Shown: positions 13,595 through 22,056, counted from the stretch's first letter. The stretch: DNA of 32,000 nt from Aquifex aeolicus VF5 (GCF_000008625.1 NC_000918.1:750001-782000), one strand, 5' to 3'. Numbers and translations are program-made. Notes: generated by a model from the sequence alone, not told the origin.

Positions 13595-14364
13595 CACGCA
13601 AAGTCCTTTATATCCTTTTCAAGTTTTTTAAAGAAGTAATAAGAAACAAAGAATACCAAAGGTGATGCAAGGAGAAAACCCAAAAGCGAGTACAGGTGTA
13701 AATCAAGGTAATTTACAAATACTAGGTGATGAATACTCACAACGGGATACATAGGATTGTAGTAAATCAGTTTTTTTACAAAAGGAGGAAGTATATCTAA
13801 AGTGTAAACAATAGGCGTAAACCAGAAAAAAATCTGGAGAAATACACCGATTATTTCCTTTATATCCCGGAAAAATACGTTCAAAGTTCCCAGAACCATG
13901 CCTATGGAAAAGGAGTAAACTATCATGAGATATAGAGCCACGGGAAACAGGTAAAAGTACTTAATACCTTCAAAACCAAGTGTTATGAAACTGATTAGAG
14001 TAACTAGAGAAATGCCTATTAAGTAATTGATAAGTTCGGAAATAATTACCACTACGGGAAATACTTCAAGTCTTATTGGTATTTTAGTAAATAAAAACTT
14101 TTTTTCTGTAAATATTCCCGTTATCCTTGAAAGGGAATTGGAAAAGAAAAACCATGGGAATATACCGGAAGACAGATAAATACTGTAGGCATAAACGGTA
14201 TTTTCGTGTCCTAGTTTTGCCCCTATTAGGTGGGAAAAAATCAGAGTGTAAATGAGAACCAACAATATGGGCCACAAAAAAGCCCACCAGATGCCTAAAA
14301 CAGTATCCGCATACCTATTCTTTATTTCCTGCCTTACGAGCTCTAATATAAGAGATAAATTCAC
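13594..14364 (-). CDS. wzm: O-polysaccharide ABC exporter permease Wzm (ABC-2 type)
   Basis: 256 aa with six predicted hydrophobic helices. ABC-2 N-terminal motif ELVRQEIKNRYADTVLGIWWAFLWP. GTG start overlaps the stop of the upstream small ORF (GTGA). Lies immediately upstream of wzt. Confidence 0.9.
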   Translation of the reverse strand: MNLSLILELVRQEIKNRYADTVLGIWWAFLWPILLVLIYTLIFSHLIGAKLGHENTVYAYSIYLSSGIFPWFFFSNSLSRITGIFTEKKFLFTKIPIRLEVFPVVVIISELINYLIGISLVTLISFITLGFEGIKYFYLFPVALYLMIVYSFSIGMVLGTLNVFFRDIKEIIGVFLQIFFWFTPIVYTLDILPPFVKKLIYYNPMYPVVSIHHLVFVNYLDLHLYSLLGFLLASPLVFFVSYYFFKKLEKDIKDFA

Positions 14365-14555
14365 TCTTCTAATTTACTCAGCACTTCCTTTAGTTTTTCA
14401 GCATAGAAAATTCTTGCAGCCGTTAAGACTTTTTTCTGGTTTTCAAGTCTTTGAAGCTCAGTATCTACAAACACTATAGAGTTGATTAAATCCACAGCTT
14501 CTTTCGGAAGCTTTTCGGTGTCGTACTCCTTTCCGTCTATATTTACCTTAGCCAT
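14361..14555 (-). CDS. Small (64 aa) coiled-coil protein, first-position partner of wzm; function unknown
   Basis: ATG start, 15 nt downstream of the glycosyltransferase stop, and translationally coupled to wzm (GTGA overlap). The sequence MAKVNIDGKEYDTEKLPKEAVDLINSIVFVDTELQRLENQKKVL... is not low-complexity. Confidence 0.6.
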   Translation of the reverse strand: MAKVNIDGKEYDTEKLPKEAVDLINSIVFVDTELQRLENQKKVLTAARIFYAEKLKEVLSKLEE

Positions 14556-14570
14556 GTTGATTTATTATAA

Positions 14571-16337
14571 CTAAATTTCGGTTAAGTACTTTATTAAAAG
14601 CTTACAGTGATTTTCCCATGTATATTTATATTGTTTCAAGTTTGCAGGCTTAGGGTGAAGACCTTTTCTGTAAAGTTCAAGCCACGTTTTTATCGCGTTT
14701 GCTATTACCTCCGGATTTTTGGTATTCTCAAAGAAGAAAGCGTTATCTCCTGCAATTTCTCTGAACACCTTTATATCTCTCGCTATTACAGGAGTATTAT
14801 TCCTGAAAGCTTCCACTATCGGAAGTCCAAAACCCTCATCTTCAGAAGCTGCTATAAGAGCTAAGGCTCGTTTATAGAGCTCTTTCAACAGTTCATCGGA
14901 CACGTAACCAAACCAGAATAAATGTTTTCCTAAAAATCTATGTTTTTTAATATGTTTTACTAACTTTCTTACCTTCCATCCTTCTTTTCCGACGATAACT
15001 AAATTTACGTTTATTCCCTTTTTCCATAGAATTTCAAAGGCTTTTAACACCTGGAAGTGTCCCTTTCTGGGCTCTAATGTACTGACCATTAAAAAGAAGG
15101 GCTCTTTAGATACTTTTTGAATAATTTCTTTTTCCTTTTCTGAAACTTTTGTTACATTTGGTGCTTTTTCCGTTTCAGCCCCCAGAGGAAGAACTTTAAT
15201 TTTTTCTTCAGGAAACGGCAGATTTTTTTTCTTAGAGAATTCTAGAATATCTTCTTTAACAGTATTTGATATAGTGAAAATCAAATCTGAAGTTTCTAAA
15301 ACTATCTTAAGCCAAATTTCGTGGATTTTATTAAATCTTTTAGGGAAGTATTCTGGAAACTTTATAGGAATCAAATCGTAAACTAGAAATACTGTTTTTG
15401 TCTTCTTAAATTTCAAGTAATCAAAAAAACCGGATTTATAAGCTTCTAAAGTTAAAAGTGGATAGTAATCGGGAAGGTAATATATATCTCCCTCCCTTAT
15501 TAGTAATGGTACATCGCTCAGAGTATTTGTTTGAATTTTTAGATAATTTTTGATAAATTCCCTTGCATACTTTACTGTTACTTTTCCATTTTCTACAGTT
15601 ATGTATGAGGGTTCTGCTCTGAACTTTGGGGTAAAATTTTCAAGAAAACAATTCAATTGTGCTTTTACTACTCTATGTATTCCCGTACCACCTTCCTTTA
15701 CTCTTAAAAGCGAAATGTCAAAAAAGAGTTTTCTTTCGTATAAATTTGGATAAAAATTGCTGGCTACTAACTTTGATAATCTTTTAGCTTGAATATCTGT
15801 AGAAATGAAGGATGAAAAAATTTTAATAACTTGCTCTAAAGCATCTTTTCTATATATTTCTTCTATTGCTTCTACAATTGAATGTGTAAAAAAGTTATCC
15901 GAAAATTTAACCCTATTCCTATTAATAAGCCAATACTTCTTTAGCTTTGTGAAATCTTTTGATAATATAGCACCCTTTGATTTGTTAATTAATAGCTTCA
16001 GTAGAGCCAACAGGTATAAATCTTTTCTTTCATCTTTTAACAATTTAAGTCCATTCCAACCAAAAGCGTAATAAATGAGTTTTTCGTCTAACAGATCAAG
16101 ATTTGCATTTTCCAAATTTTTAGGCAGGATTATCACAGGATGGATGTTGTCTAAGTAGTCCAGCAAAACATTGTTAAAATTCTCAATCCAAACTACTATC
16201 CTGTCATAGGAATTTAATCTAAACTTCTTGTACTTGGTTATATCTTCGCATATTAATTCGTAATTATTTCGTAGAGTATTACAGAAATAATCTAACTGTT
16301 TAGATAATTTAGTGTAAAATAGTAACAGCTTTTTCAT
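14571..16337 (-). CDS. Family-4 glycosyltransferase with an extra ~200-aa N-terminal domain of unknown function
   Basis: The GT-B core starts near FFDISLLRVKEGGTGIHRVV. The C-terminal nucleotide-sugar half has FFLMVSTLEPRKGH...ASEDEGFGLPIVEAF. Residues 1-200 match no motif I recognise. Confidence 0.85.
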   Translation of the reverse strand: MKKLLLFYTKLSKQLDYFCNTLRNNYELICEDITKYKKFRLNSYDRIVVWIENFNNVLLDYLDNIHPVIILPKNLENANLDLLDEKLIYYAFGWNGLKLLKDERKDLYLLALLKLLINKSKGAILSKDFTKLKKYWLINRNRVKFSDNFFTHSIVEAIEEIYRKDALEQVIKIFSSFISTDIQAKRLSKLVASNFYPNLYERKLFFDISLLRVKEGGTGIHRVVKAQLNCFLENFTPKFRAEPSYITVENGKVTVKYAREFIKNYLKIQTNTLSDVPLLIREGDIYYLPDYYPLLTLEAYKSGFFDYLKFKKTKTVFLVYDLIPIKFPEYFPKRFNKIHEIWLKIVLETSDLIFTISNTVKEDILEFSKKKNLPFPEEKIKVLPLGAETEKAPNVTKVSEKEKEIIQKVSKEPFFLMVSTLEPRKGHFQVLKAFEILWKKGINVNLVIVGKEGWKVRKLVKHIKKHRFLGKHLFWFGYVSDELLKELYKRALALIAASEDEGFGLPIVEAFRNNTPVIARDIKVFREIAGDNAFFFENTKNPEVIANAIKTWLELYRKGLHPKPANLKQYKYTWENHCKLLIKYLTEI

Positions 16338-16567
16338 TTTATGTTCTTAAGCTTTGAGTAGATTATTTCTTCTTCTAAATCAAGATTACCTTCAAGATTC
16401 TTAATGGAAAAGCTTTTTTCTTTTCCTTTCCAAGTTTTTACTAAATATATAAACACGTATTCTTTTAATTTATCCCTTAATAAGGGAATTTTATTTGCTG
16501 TTGTTATAATTACCCTAAATATGCTTGAAAATTTAGCATTATAAACCAAAAAGAACAGCTTGCCCAT
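16334..16567 (-). CDS. Hypothetical 77-aa protein, leading ORF of the GT-wzm-wzt operon
   Basis: An open 77 codons in very AT-rich DNA. ATGA overlap with the glycosyltransferase start. A perfect TATAAT lies 9 nt upstream of its ATG. No recognisable family. Confidence 0.45.
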   Translation of the reverse strand: MGKLFFLVYNAKFSSIFRVIITTANKIPLLRDKLKEYVFIYLVKTWKGKEKSFSIKNLEGNLDLEEEIIYSKLKNIK

Positions 16568-16576
16568 AATTGAAAA

Positions 16577-16591
16577 ATTATAGCTTAAAAT
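16577..16591. promoter_or_regulatory. Back-to-back -10 elements in a 33-bp divergent spacer; both imply leaderless or near-leaderless mRNAs
   Basis: Minus strand: TATAAT (complement of 16577-16582), then exactly 9 nt to ATG 16567. Plus strand: TAAAAT (16586-16591), then exactly 9 nt to ATG 16601. Neither spacer contains a GGAGG-like element. Confidence 0.4.
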
Positions 16592-16600
16592 AACCTAATT

Positions 16601-18295
16601 ATGGCAACAAAAGAGAATACAGAAAACGTGCTGAGAAGTTATCTGGCAAAGTATAAGAAAACGCTTATAATTGTAGGGCTCTTCAGTTTATTTATCAATA
16701 TCTTGTTTTTACTCCCGAGTATATACATGCTCGCGGTATACGATATTGTAGTTCCAAGTACTAGTGTGCCTACTTTGTTGGTTATTACAGCCCTTGCAGT
16801 AGTTTTGTATTTTGCCCTAGGTTTACTTCAAAGTGTAAGGGCAAAAGTTATGCAAATAATAAGTTTAAAGTTAGATTCTGAACTGAATAAAGAAGTATTT
16901 ACCTCAAGTTTTGAATACGCAATACGAAATCCCTCAAAAGCGTCTGCACAGCCTATTAACGATTTATATCAACTGAAACAATTTCTTACCTCACCTGTAT
17001 TATTTGCAATATTTGATCTGCCCTGGGTTCCTATATACTTCGGTGTACTCTTTGTATTTCACGTTTACTACGGAGTGATGGCTATACTTTCCATGGCTGT
17101 TATCGTGGCTTTAGCTATTTTGAACGAGTACATAACAAAGAAAAAACTAAAAGAATCAAACGAACTACTCGTAAGGAGCACGAACTTTTTAAACAGAGCA
17201 CTGCTTAACGCAGAAGTTGTTGAAGCTTTAGGTATGAGAAACAATTTGTACAAAAAGTGGATGAATTTTTACTCAAAACATCTTAGTGCCTTTGAAGAAG
17301 CTACAGACAGGAACAACTTCTTAAGTAATTTAACGAGAATTTTTCGTATTATGGCTCAATCTTTAATGCTGGGACTTGGTGGATATTTAGCTATAAAGCA
17401 TGAAATTACAACAGGTATGATAGTTGCAGGGTCGATATTACTTGGTAGGATTCTTGGTCCTATAGACACAATAGTAAATGGCTGGAGGCAAATAGGTAAT
17501 ACTAAAGTTGCATACACTAGGTTAAATGAATTTCTTAAGTTTCTTCGTTTTAAAAGGGAGGTATCCGTTAAGCTTCCAGAACCGAAAGGAGAAATTGAAT
17601 TATCAAATGTAGTTGTAGTGCCTCCAGAAGGAAAAACTCCAGTACTGAGAAATATAAATATGCGCATACTTCCTGGAGAATTCGTGGCAATTATAGGACC
17701 AAGTGGTTCTGGAAAATCTTCGCTCGTGAGAACTATTCTTGGAATTTGGTTACCTGTTCACGGTACCGTGGAAATTGACGGAGCGGATTTGAAACAATGG
17801 GATAGAGATTATTTTGGCAAATTCGTAGGTTATTTACCGCAAGATATAGAACTCTTTGAAGGTACGGTTGCAGAAAATATTGCCCGTTTTGGAGAATTGG
17901 ATTCTGAAAAAATAATAGAAGCTGCAAAGCTTTCGGGTGCACACGATGTGATAATAAAACTTCCTGATGGATACGATACTTACATAGGTCCCGGAGGTAT
18001 TACACTTTCAGGAGGGCAAAGACAGAGGATAGCATTAGCAAGAGCTCTATATGGAAATCCCAGAATAGTTATTCTGGATGAACCAGATTCTAATTTGGAT
18101 GAACAAGGAGAACAGGCACTTTACAATGCGTTAATAGAACTAAAGAAAAGGAAAGTAACAACAATCATAGTGTCTCACAGAATACGCCTTTTAAACCTCG
18201 TGGATAAGATAGCTATTATGCAAGATGGTACGCTAAAAGCTTTTGGAAAGGCAGATATAATTATTCAGAAATTATTAAGAAAAAATGTAAATTAA
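16601..18295 (+). CDS. Type I secretion system ABC exporter (PrtD/AprD/HasD type, no C39 or C39-like N-terminal domain)
   Basis: N-terminal TMD with LFSLFINILFLLPSIYMLAVYDIVVPS, typical of PrtD-type exporters. Walker A GPSGSGKSS, signature LSGGQRQR, Walker B ILDEPDSNLD, H-loop VSHR. Confidence 0.9.
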   Translation: MATKENTENVLRSYLAKYKKTLIIVGLFSLFINILFLLPSIYMLAVYDIVVPSTSVPTLLVITALAVVLYFALGLLQSVRAKVMQIISLKLDSELNKEVFTSSFEYAIRNPSKASAQPINDLYQLKQFLTSPVLFAIFDLPWVPIYFGVLFVFHVYYGVMAILSMAVIVALAILNEYITKKKLKESNELLVRSTNFLNRALLNAEVVEALGMRNNLYKKWMNFYSKHLSAFEEATDRNNFLSNLTRIFRIMAQSLMLGLGGYLAIKHEITTGMIVAGSILLGRILGPIDTIVNGWRQIGNTKVAYTRLNEFLKFLRFKREVSVKLPEPKGEIELSNVVVVPPEGKTPVLRNINMRILPGEFVAIIGPSGSGKSSLVRTILGIWLPVHGTVEIDGADLKQWDRDYFGKFVGYLPQDIELFEGTVAENIARFGELDSEKIIEAAKLSGAHDVIIKLPDGYDTYIGPGGITLSGGQRQRIALARALYGNPRIVILDEPDSNLDEQGEQALYNALIELKKRKVTTIIVSHRIRLLNLVDKIAIMQDGTLKAFGKADIIIQKLLRKNVN

Positions 18296-19221
18296 TACCT
18301 CAAAAGCACGGCTCCCCACGTAAGACCGCCCCCCATGGCGGTCATGAGGATTAGATCTCCCCTCTTTACTTTTCCTTCTTTTATAGCTTCATGAAGGGCT
18401 ATAGGAATGGATGCAGCGGAAGTGTTCCCGTACTTTTGTATGTTTACGAAGACCTTTTCCTTCGGTATGTTTAATTTTTCGGCAAGGGCGTTTATTATCC
18501 TCACGTTTGCCTGATGGGGAATGACTAGGGAAACTTCCTCAGGTTTTACGCCAGCCTTTTCTAAAACTTCCCTGCAGACCTCTTCCATGCTCCTTACGGC
18601 GACCTTGAAAAGCTCCCTTCCCTTCATCCTTATGTATCCGCAGTTATCCGCGTGGAGGAGTTCCTCCAGAGAGCCTTCGGCGTACATCCTCGTTGCGAGA
18701 ATGTCGCTCTTGTCCTCTGACCTTGTTACCACTACCGCCCCCGCTCCGTCTCCGAAGAGAACGCAGGTGGAGCGGTCCTCCCAGTCAACCGCCTCGGAGA
18801 GCTTTTCCGCACCTATTACGAGAACGTTTTTAGCCTTTCCCGACTTTATAAAGCTGTCTGCTATGTCCAGAGCGTATATAAATCCGCTACAGGCTGCCGA
18901 TATGTCAAAGGCGTAAACTCCCTTCGCCTTTAACTGTGCCTGAACCAAACAGGCGGTTGACGGAAACCTCTTTTGTGGTGTTAGGGTTGCGAGGATGATA
19001 AGGTCGAGCTCCTCTGGAGACAAGTTAGCTTCTCGGAGTGCCTCTTTTGCGGCTTGCGTTGCCATGTAGGTAATTGTTTCCTCTTTCGCTATCCTTCTTT
19101 CCTTTATACCTGTTCTCGTTGTTATCCACTCGTCTGATGTGTCCACTATTTTCTCAAGGTCAAAGTTTGTAAGGACGTTTTTGGGCAGGTAAACGCCGGT
19201 TCCGATTATTTTAGTCCCCAT
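18292..19221 (-). CDS. fabH: 3-oxoacyl-ACP synthase III
   Basis: Catalytic contexts AACSGFIYAL (Cys), PHQANVRI (His) and GNTSAASIP (Asn). Lies downstream of plsX, as in the conserved rpmF-plsX-fabH cluster. Confidence 0.95.
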   Translation of the reverse strand: MGTKIIGTGVYLPKNVLTNFDLEKIVDTSDEWITTRTGIKERRIAKEETITYMATQAAKEALREANLSPEELDLIILATLTPQKRFPSTACLVQAQLKAKGVYAFDISAACSGFIYALDIADSFIKSGKAKNVLVIGAEKLSEAVDWEDRSTCVLFGDGAGAVVVTRSEDKSDILATRMYAEGSLEELLHADNCGYIRMKGRELFKVAVRSMEEVCREVLEKAGVKPEEVSLVIPHQANVRIINALAEKLNIPKEKVFVNIQKYGNTSAASIPIALHEAIKEGKVKRGDLILMTAMGGGLTWGAVLLRY

Positions 19222-20235
19222 TTACACCTTCACTCCTTCGGGGATAAGGGTTTTTAGATTATACACGAGCTTCTTGTTGAAATCCGTATTTAAAAATTCT
19301 CCCGCAACCCTTACGGCGTTTTTAATAGCCTTCGCGTTAGCCCTACCGTGGGTTATTATCACGGGCTTTTTAGCTCCCAGAAGTGGTATTCCCCCGTACT
19401 CCGCAAAGTCCGCCTTCTTTTTAAACCTGTTCAGGGCAGGCATCAAGAGCAAAGCTCCCAGTTTTGCGAGAATGCTTCTCTTGATCTCTTCCTTTATCAT
19501 CTGCACTACTGCAAGTCCCAAACTTTCACTCGCCTTTAGTATTACGTTTCCCACAAACCCGTCGCAAACTATTACGTCAAAGGTGCCCGCGTATATGTCT
19601 CTTCCTTCCGCGTTTCCCTTGAAGTTGAGCTTTGTAGCCTTAAGGAGGGGATAGGTTTCCTTTACGAGTTCGTTTCCCTTTCCCTCTTCTTCTCCGATAC
19701 TAAGTATCCCGACCCTTGGGTTTTTTATCCCGAGAATCTCTTCCGCGTAAGTGTGTCCTATTACAGCGAACTGAACGAGGTGTTTTGGTTTACAGTCTAC
19801 GTTCGCTCCAACGTCTATTAAAACAGTCTTTCCTTTAGGATTGGGAAGTGCAACGCCTATTGAAGGTCTCTCTACCTCTTCTTCCGCTCCCACGATGAAT
19901 TTTCCGACTGCGAGAACCGCCCCCGTGTTTCCTGCAGAGACGAGACCGTCCGCTTCACCTTTCCTCACGAGCATTCCCGCCACGTAAAGGGAGGAGTTTT
20001 TCTTCTTCAAAACGTTTGAAGGGGGTTCGTGCATTTCCACTTTATCAGGGGCATGAACTACCTCAAGGAGAGAGTTGTTGTGTTCTTTTGCCTTTTCAAG
20101 TATCGGGATTATTTGTTCCTTGTCACCAACGAGGTATATCTTGTAGCCGAGCTCTTTAGCCGCTAATATACAACCCCTTACTATTTCCAAGGGGGCGTAA
20201 TCGCCCCCCATGCAGTCAACCGCTATCCTTAACAT
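19222..20235 (-). CDS. plsX: Phosphate acyltransferase PlsX
   Basis: 337 aa with MLRIAVDCMGGDYAP, SAGNTGA and CDGFVGNV blocks. Its ATG overlaps the rpmF TAA by 1 nt (TAATG). Confidence 0.95.
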   Translation of the reverse strand: MLRIAVDCMGGDYAPLEIVRGCILAAKELGYKIYLVGDKEQIIPILEKAKEHNNSLLEVVHAPDKVEMHEPPSNVLKKKNSSLYVAGMLVRKGEADGLVSAGNTGAVLAVGKFIVGAEEEVERPSIGVALPNPKGKTVLIDVGANVDCKPKHLVQFAVIGHTYAEEILGIKNPRVGILSIGEEEGKGNELVKETYPLLKATKLNFKGNAEGRDIYAGTFDVIVCDGFVGNVILKASESLGLAVVQMIKEEIKRSILAKLGALLLMPALNRFKKKADFAEYGGIPLLGAKKPVIITHGRANAKAIKNAVRVAGEFLNTDFNKKLVYNLKTLIPEGVKV

Positions 20236-20426
20236 TATTCTGTTTCAATTACCTCTTTGCCCTTGTAATGTCCGCAGTAAGGGCAGACCCTGTGGGGAAT
20301 AATTCTCTCACCGCAGTTAGAGCATACAGACAGTGAAGGCAGGCTTCTCCTGAATTTATTGAAGAAGTTCTGTGCTCTCCTCTGGTTTCTTCTCCACTTG
20401 GAAGTTTTCGCCTTCGGGACAGCCAT
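20235..20426 (-). CDS. rpmF: 50S ribosomal protein L32
   Basis: MAVPKAKTSKWRRNQRRA N-terminus and zinc ribbon CSNCGE...CPYCGH. The ATG at 20426 is preferred over the listed GTG at 20429. It overlaps the yceD stop (TGATG). Confidence 0.9.
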   Translation of the reverse strand: MAVPKAKTSKWRRNQRRAQNFFNKFRRSLPSLSVCSNCGERIIPHRVCPYCGHYKGKEVIETE

Positions 20427-20950
20427 CACTTACCTCCTTTCTGCGTTAACAAATTTTTTAGTATAGCAAAAGAACTCTCCTTTTTTGTTTCCTTTTCTGG
20501 TTCTTCCAGTTCAACCGCGTAACCGGGAATTCCCCTGCACTGGGGACTGCAAAGGGGCTTCATGGGTATGCTAAGAATAATCTCTTCCCTTACGAGGTCC
20601 GCTATGTTCACCTTATCAGGTTCTTCCATAAAGGTAACCTCAAGGTCCTTGGGCTTTAGGTGGAAGGTTCCCTCCTCGTGGGGTATGTTCTGAAGGAGCT
20701 TAGTCTTTTCCTGAGAAATGTCCTTCTCGTAAACTTCAAGGCACCTGCTGCACTCGAGTTCCACGTAACCTTCCATGGAGAGTCTGAGCTTGTATCCGTT
20801 CTTGTCCTTCGTTATCTCCACGTTTACCTTCACGGGTTTTTTTAACTCTCCTATGTCCGTGGGGAGCTTTACGTCCTTGGGCTGAAGGGTGTAAGAACCC
20901 TTAAACCTGTCCGATATCTTGAAGATTTCCTTAAGGTCAAGAGTAAACAT
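20426..20950 (-). CDS. yceD: YceD/DUF177 family protein (large-subunit rRNA accumulation protein)
   Basis: Conserved position upstream of rpmF. Cys pairs ECSRCLE and CSPQCRG. Shine-Dalgarno GAGGT lies 7 nt upstream of the ATG. Confidence 0.85.
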   Translation of the reverse strand: MFTLDLKEIFKISDRFKGSYTLQPKDVKLPTDIGELKKPVKVNVEITKDKNGYKLRLSMEGYVELECSRCLEVYEKDISQEKTKLLQNIPHEEGTFHLKPKDLEVTFMEEPDKVNIADLVREEIILSIPMKPLCSPQCRGIPGYAVELEEPEKETKKESSFAILKNLLTQKGGK

Positions 20951-20995
20951 GGCTTTTACCTCTTTGTAGAGTTAAGTATTAAATTTAATTTAACT

Positions 20996-22048
20996 GTGGA
21001 AACCACAATATTCCAGTTCCAGAAAACTTTTTTCACAAAACCTCCGAAGGAGAGGGTCTTCGTCCTTCATGGAGAAGAGCAGTATCTCATAAGAACCTTT
21101 TTGTCTAAGCTGAAGGAAAAGTACGGGGAGAATTACACGGTTCTGTGGGGGGATGAGATAAGCGAGGAGGAATTCTACACTGCCCTTTCCGAGACCAGTA
21201 TATTCGGCGGTTCAAAGGAAAAAGCGGTGGTCATTTACAACTTCGGGGATTTCCTGAAGAAGCTCGGAAGGAAGAAAAAGGAAAAAGAAAGGCTTATAAA
21301 AGTCCTCAGAAACGTAAAGAGTAACTACGTATTTATAGTGTACGATGCGAAACTCCAGAAACAGGAACTTTCTTCGGAACCTCTGAAATCCGTAGCGTCT
21401 TTCGGCGGTATAGTGGTAGCAAACAGGCTGAGCAAGGAGAGGATAAAACAGCTCGTCCTTAAGAAGTTCAAAGAAAAAGGGATAAACGTAGAAAACGATG
21501 CCCTTGAATACCTTCTCCAGCTCACGGGTTACAACTTGATGGAGCTCAAACTTGAGGTTGAAAAACTGATAGATTACGCAAGTGAAAAGAAAATTTTAAC
21601 ACTCGATGAGGTAAAGAGAGTAGCCTTCTCAGTCTCAGAAAACGTAAACGTATTTGAGTTCGTTGATTTACTCCTCTTAAAAGATTACGAAAAGGCTCTT
21701 AAAGTTTTGGACTCCCTCATTTCCTTCGGAATACACCCCCTCCAGATTATGAAAATCCTGTCCTCCTATGCTCTAAAACTTTACACCCTCAAGAGGCTTG
21801 AAGAGAAGGGAGAGGACCTGAATAAGGCGATGGAAAGCGTGGGAATAAAGAACAACTTTCTCAAGATGAAGTTCAAATCTTACTTAAAGGCAAACTCTAA
21901 AGAGGACTTGAAGAACCTAATCCTCTCCCTCCAGAGGATAGACGCTTTTTCTAAACTTTACTTTCAGGACACAGTGCAGTTGCTGAGGGATTTCTTGACC
22001 TCAAGACTGGAGAGGGAAGTTGTGAAAAATACTTCTCATGGTGGATAA
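20996..22048 (+). CDS. holA: DNA polymerase III delta subunit
   Basis: 350 aa. The N-terminal VFVLHGEEQYL block and overall helical C-terminal domains resemble HolA. GTG start. The family signal is weaker than for neighbouring genes. Confidence 0.75.
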   Translation: METTIFQFQKTFFTKPPKERVFVLHGEEQYLIRTFLSKLKEKYGENYTVLWGDEISEEEFYTALSETSIFGGSKEKAVVIYNFGDFLKKLGRKKKEKERLIKVLRNVKSNYVFIVYDAKLQKQELSSEPLKSVASFGGIVVANRLSKERIKQLVLKKFKEKGINVENDALEYLLQLTGYNLMELKLEVEKLIDYASEKKILTLDEVKRVAFSVSENVNVFEFVDLLLLKDYEKALKVLDSLISFGIHPLQIMKILSSYALKLYTLKRLEEKGEDLNKAMESVGIKNNFLKMKFKSYLKANSKEDLKNLILSLQRIDAFSKLYFQDTVQLLRDFLTSRLEREVVKNTSHGG

Positions 22049-22056
22049 TCTTTTTT

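Noticed and set aside
20971-20995. AT-rich near-palindrome TTAAATTTAATTTAA upstream of holA as an operator
   Set aside because: The symmetry is imperfect, and the sequence is indistinguishable from generic AT-rich promoter DNA in a 45-bp divergent spacer.
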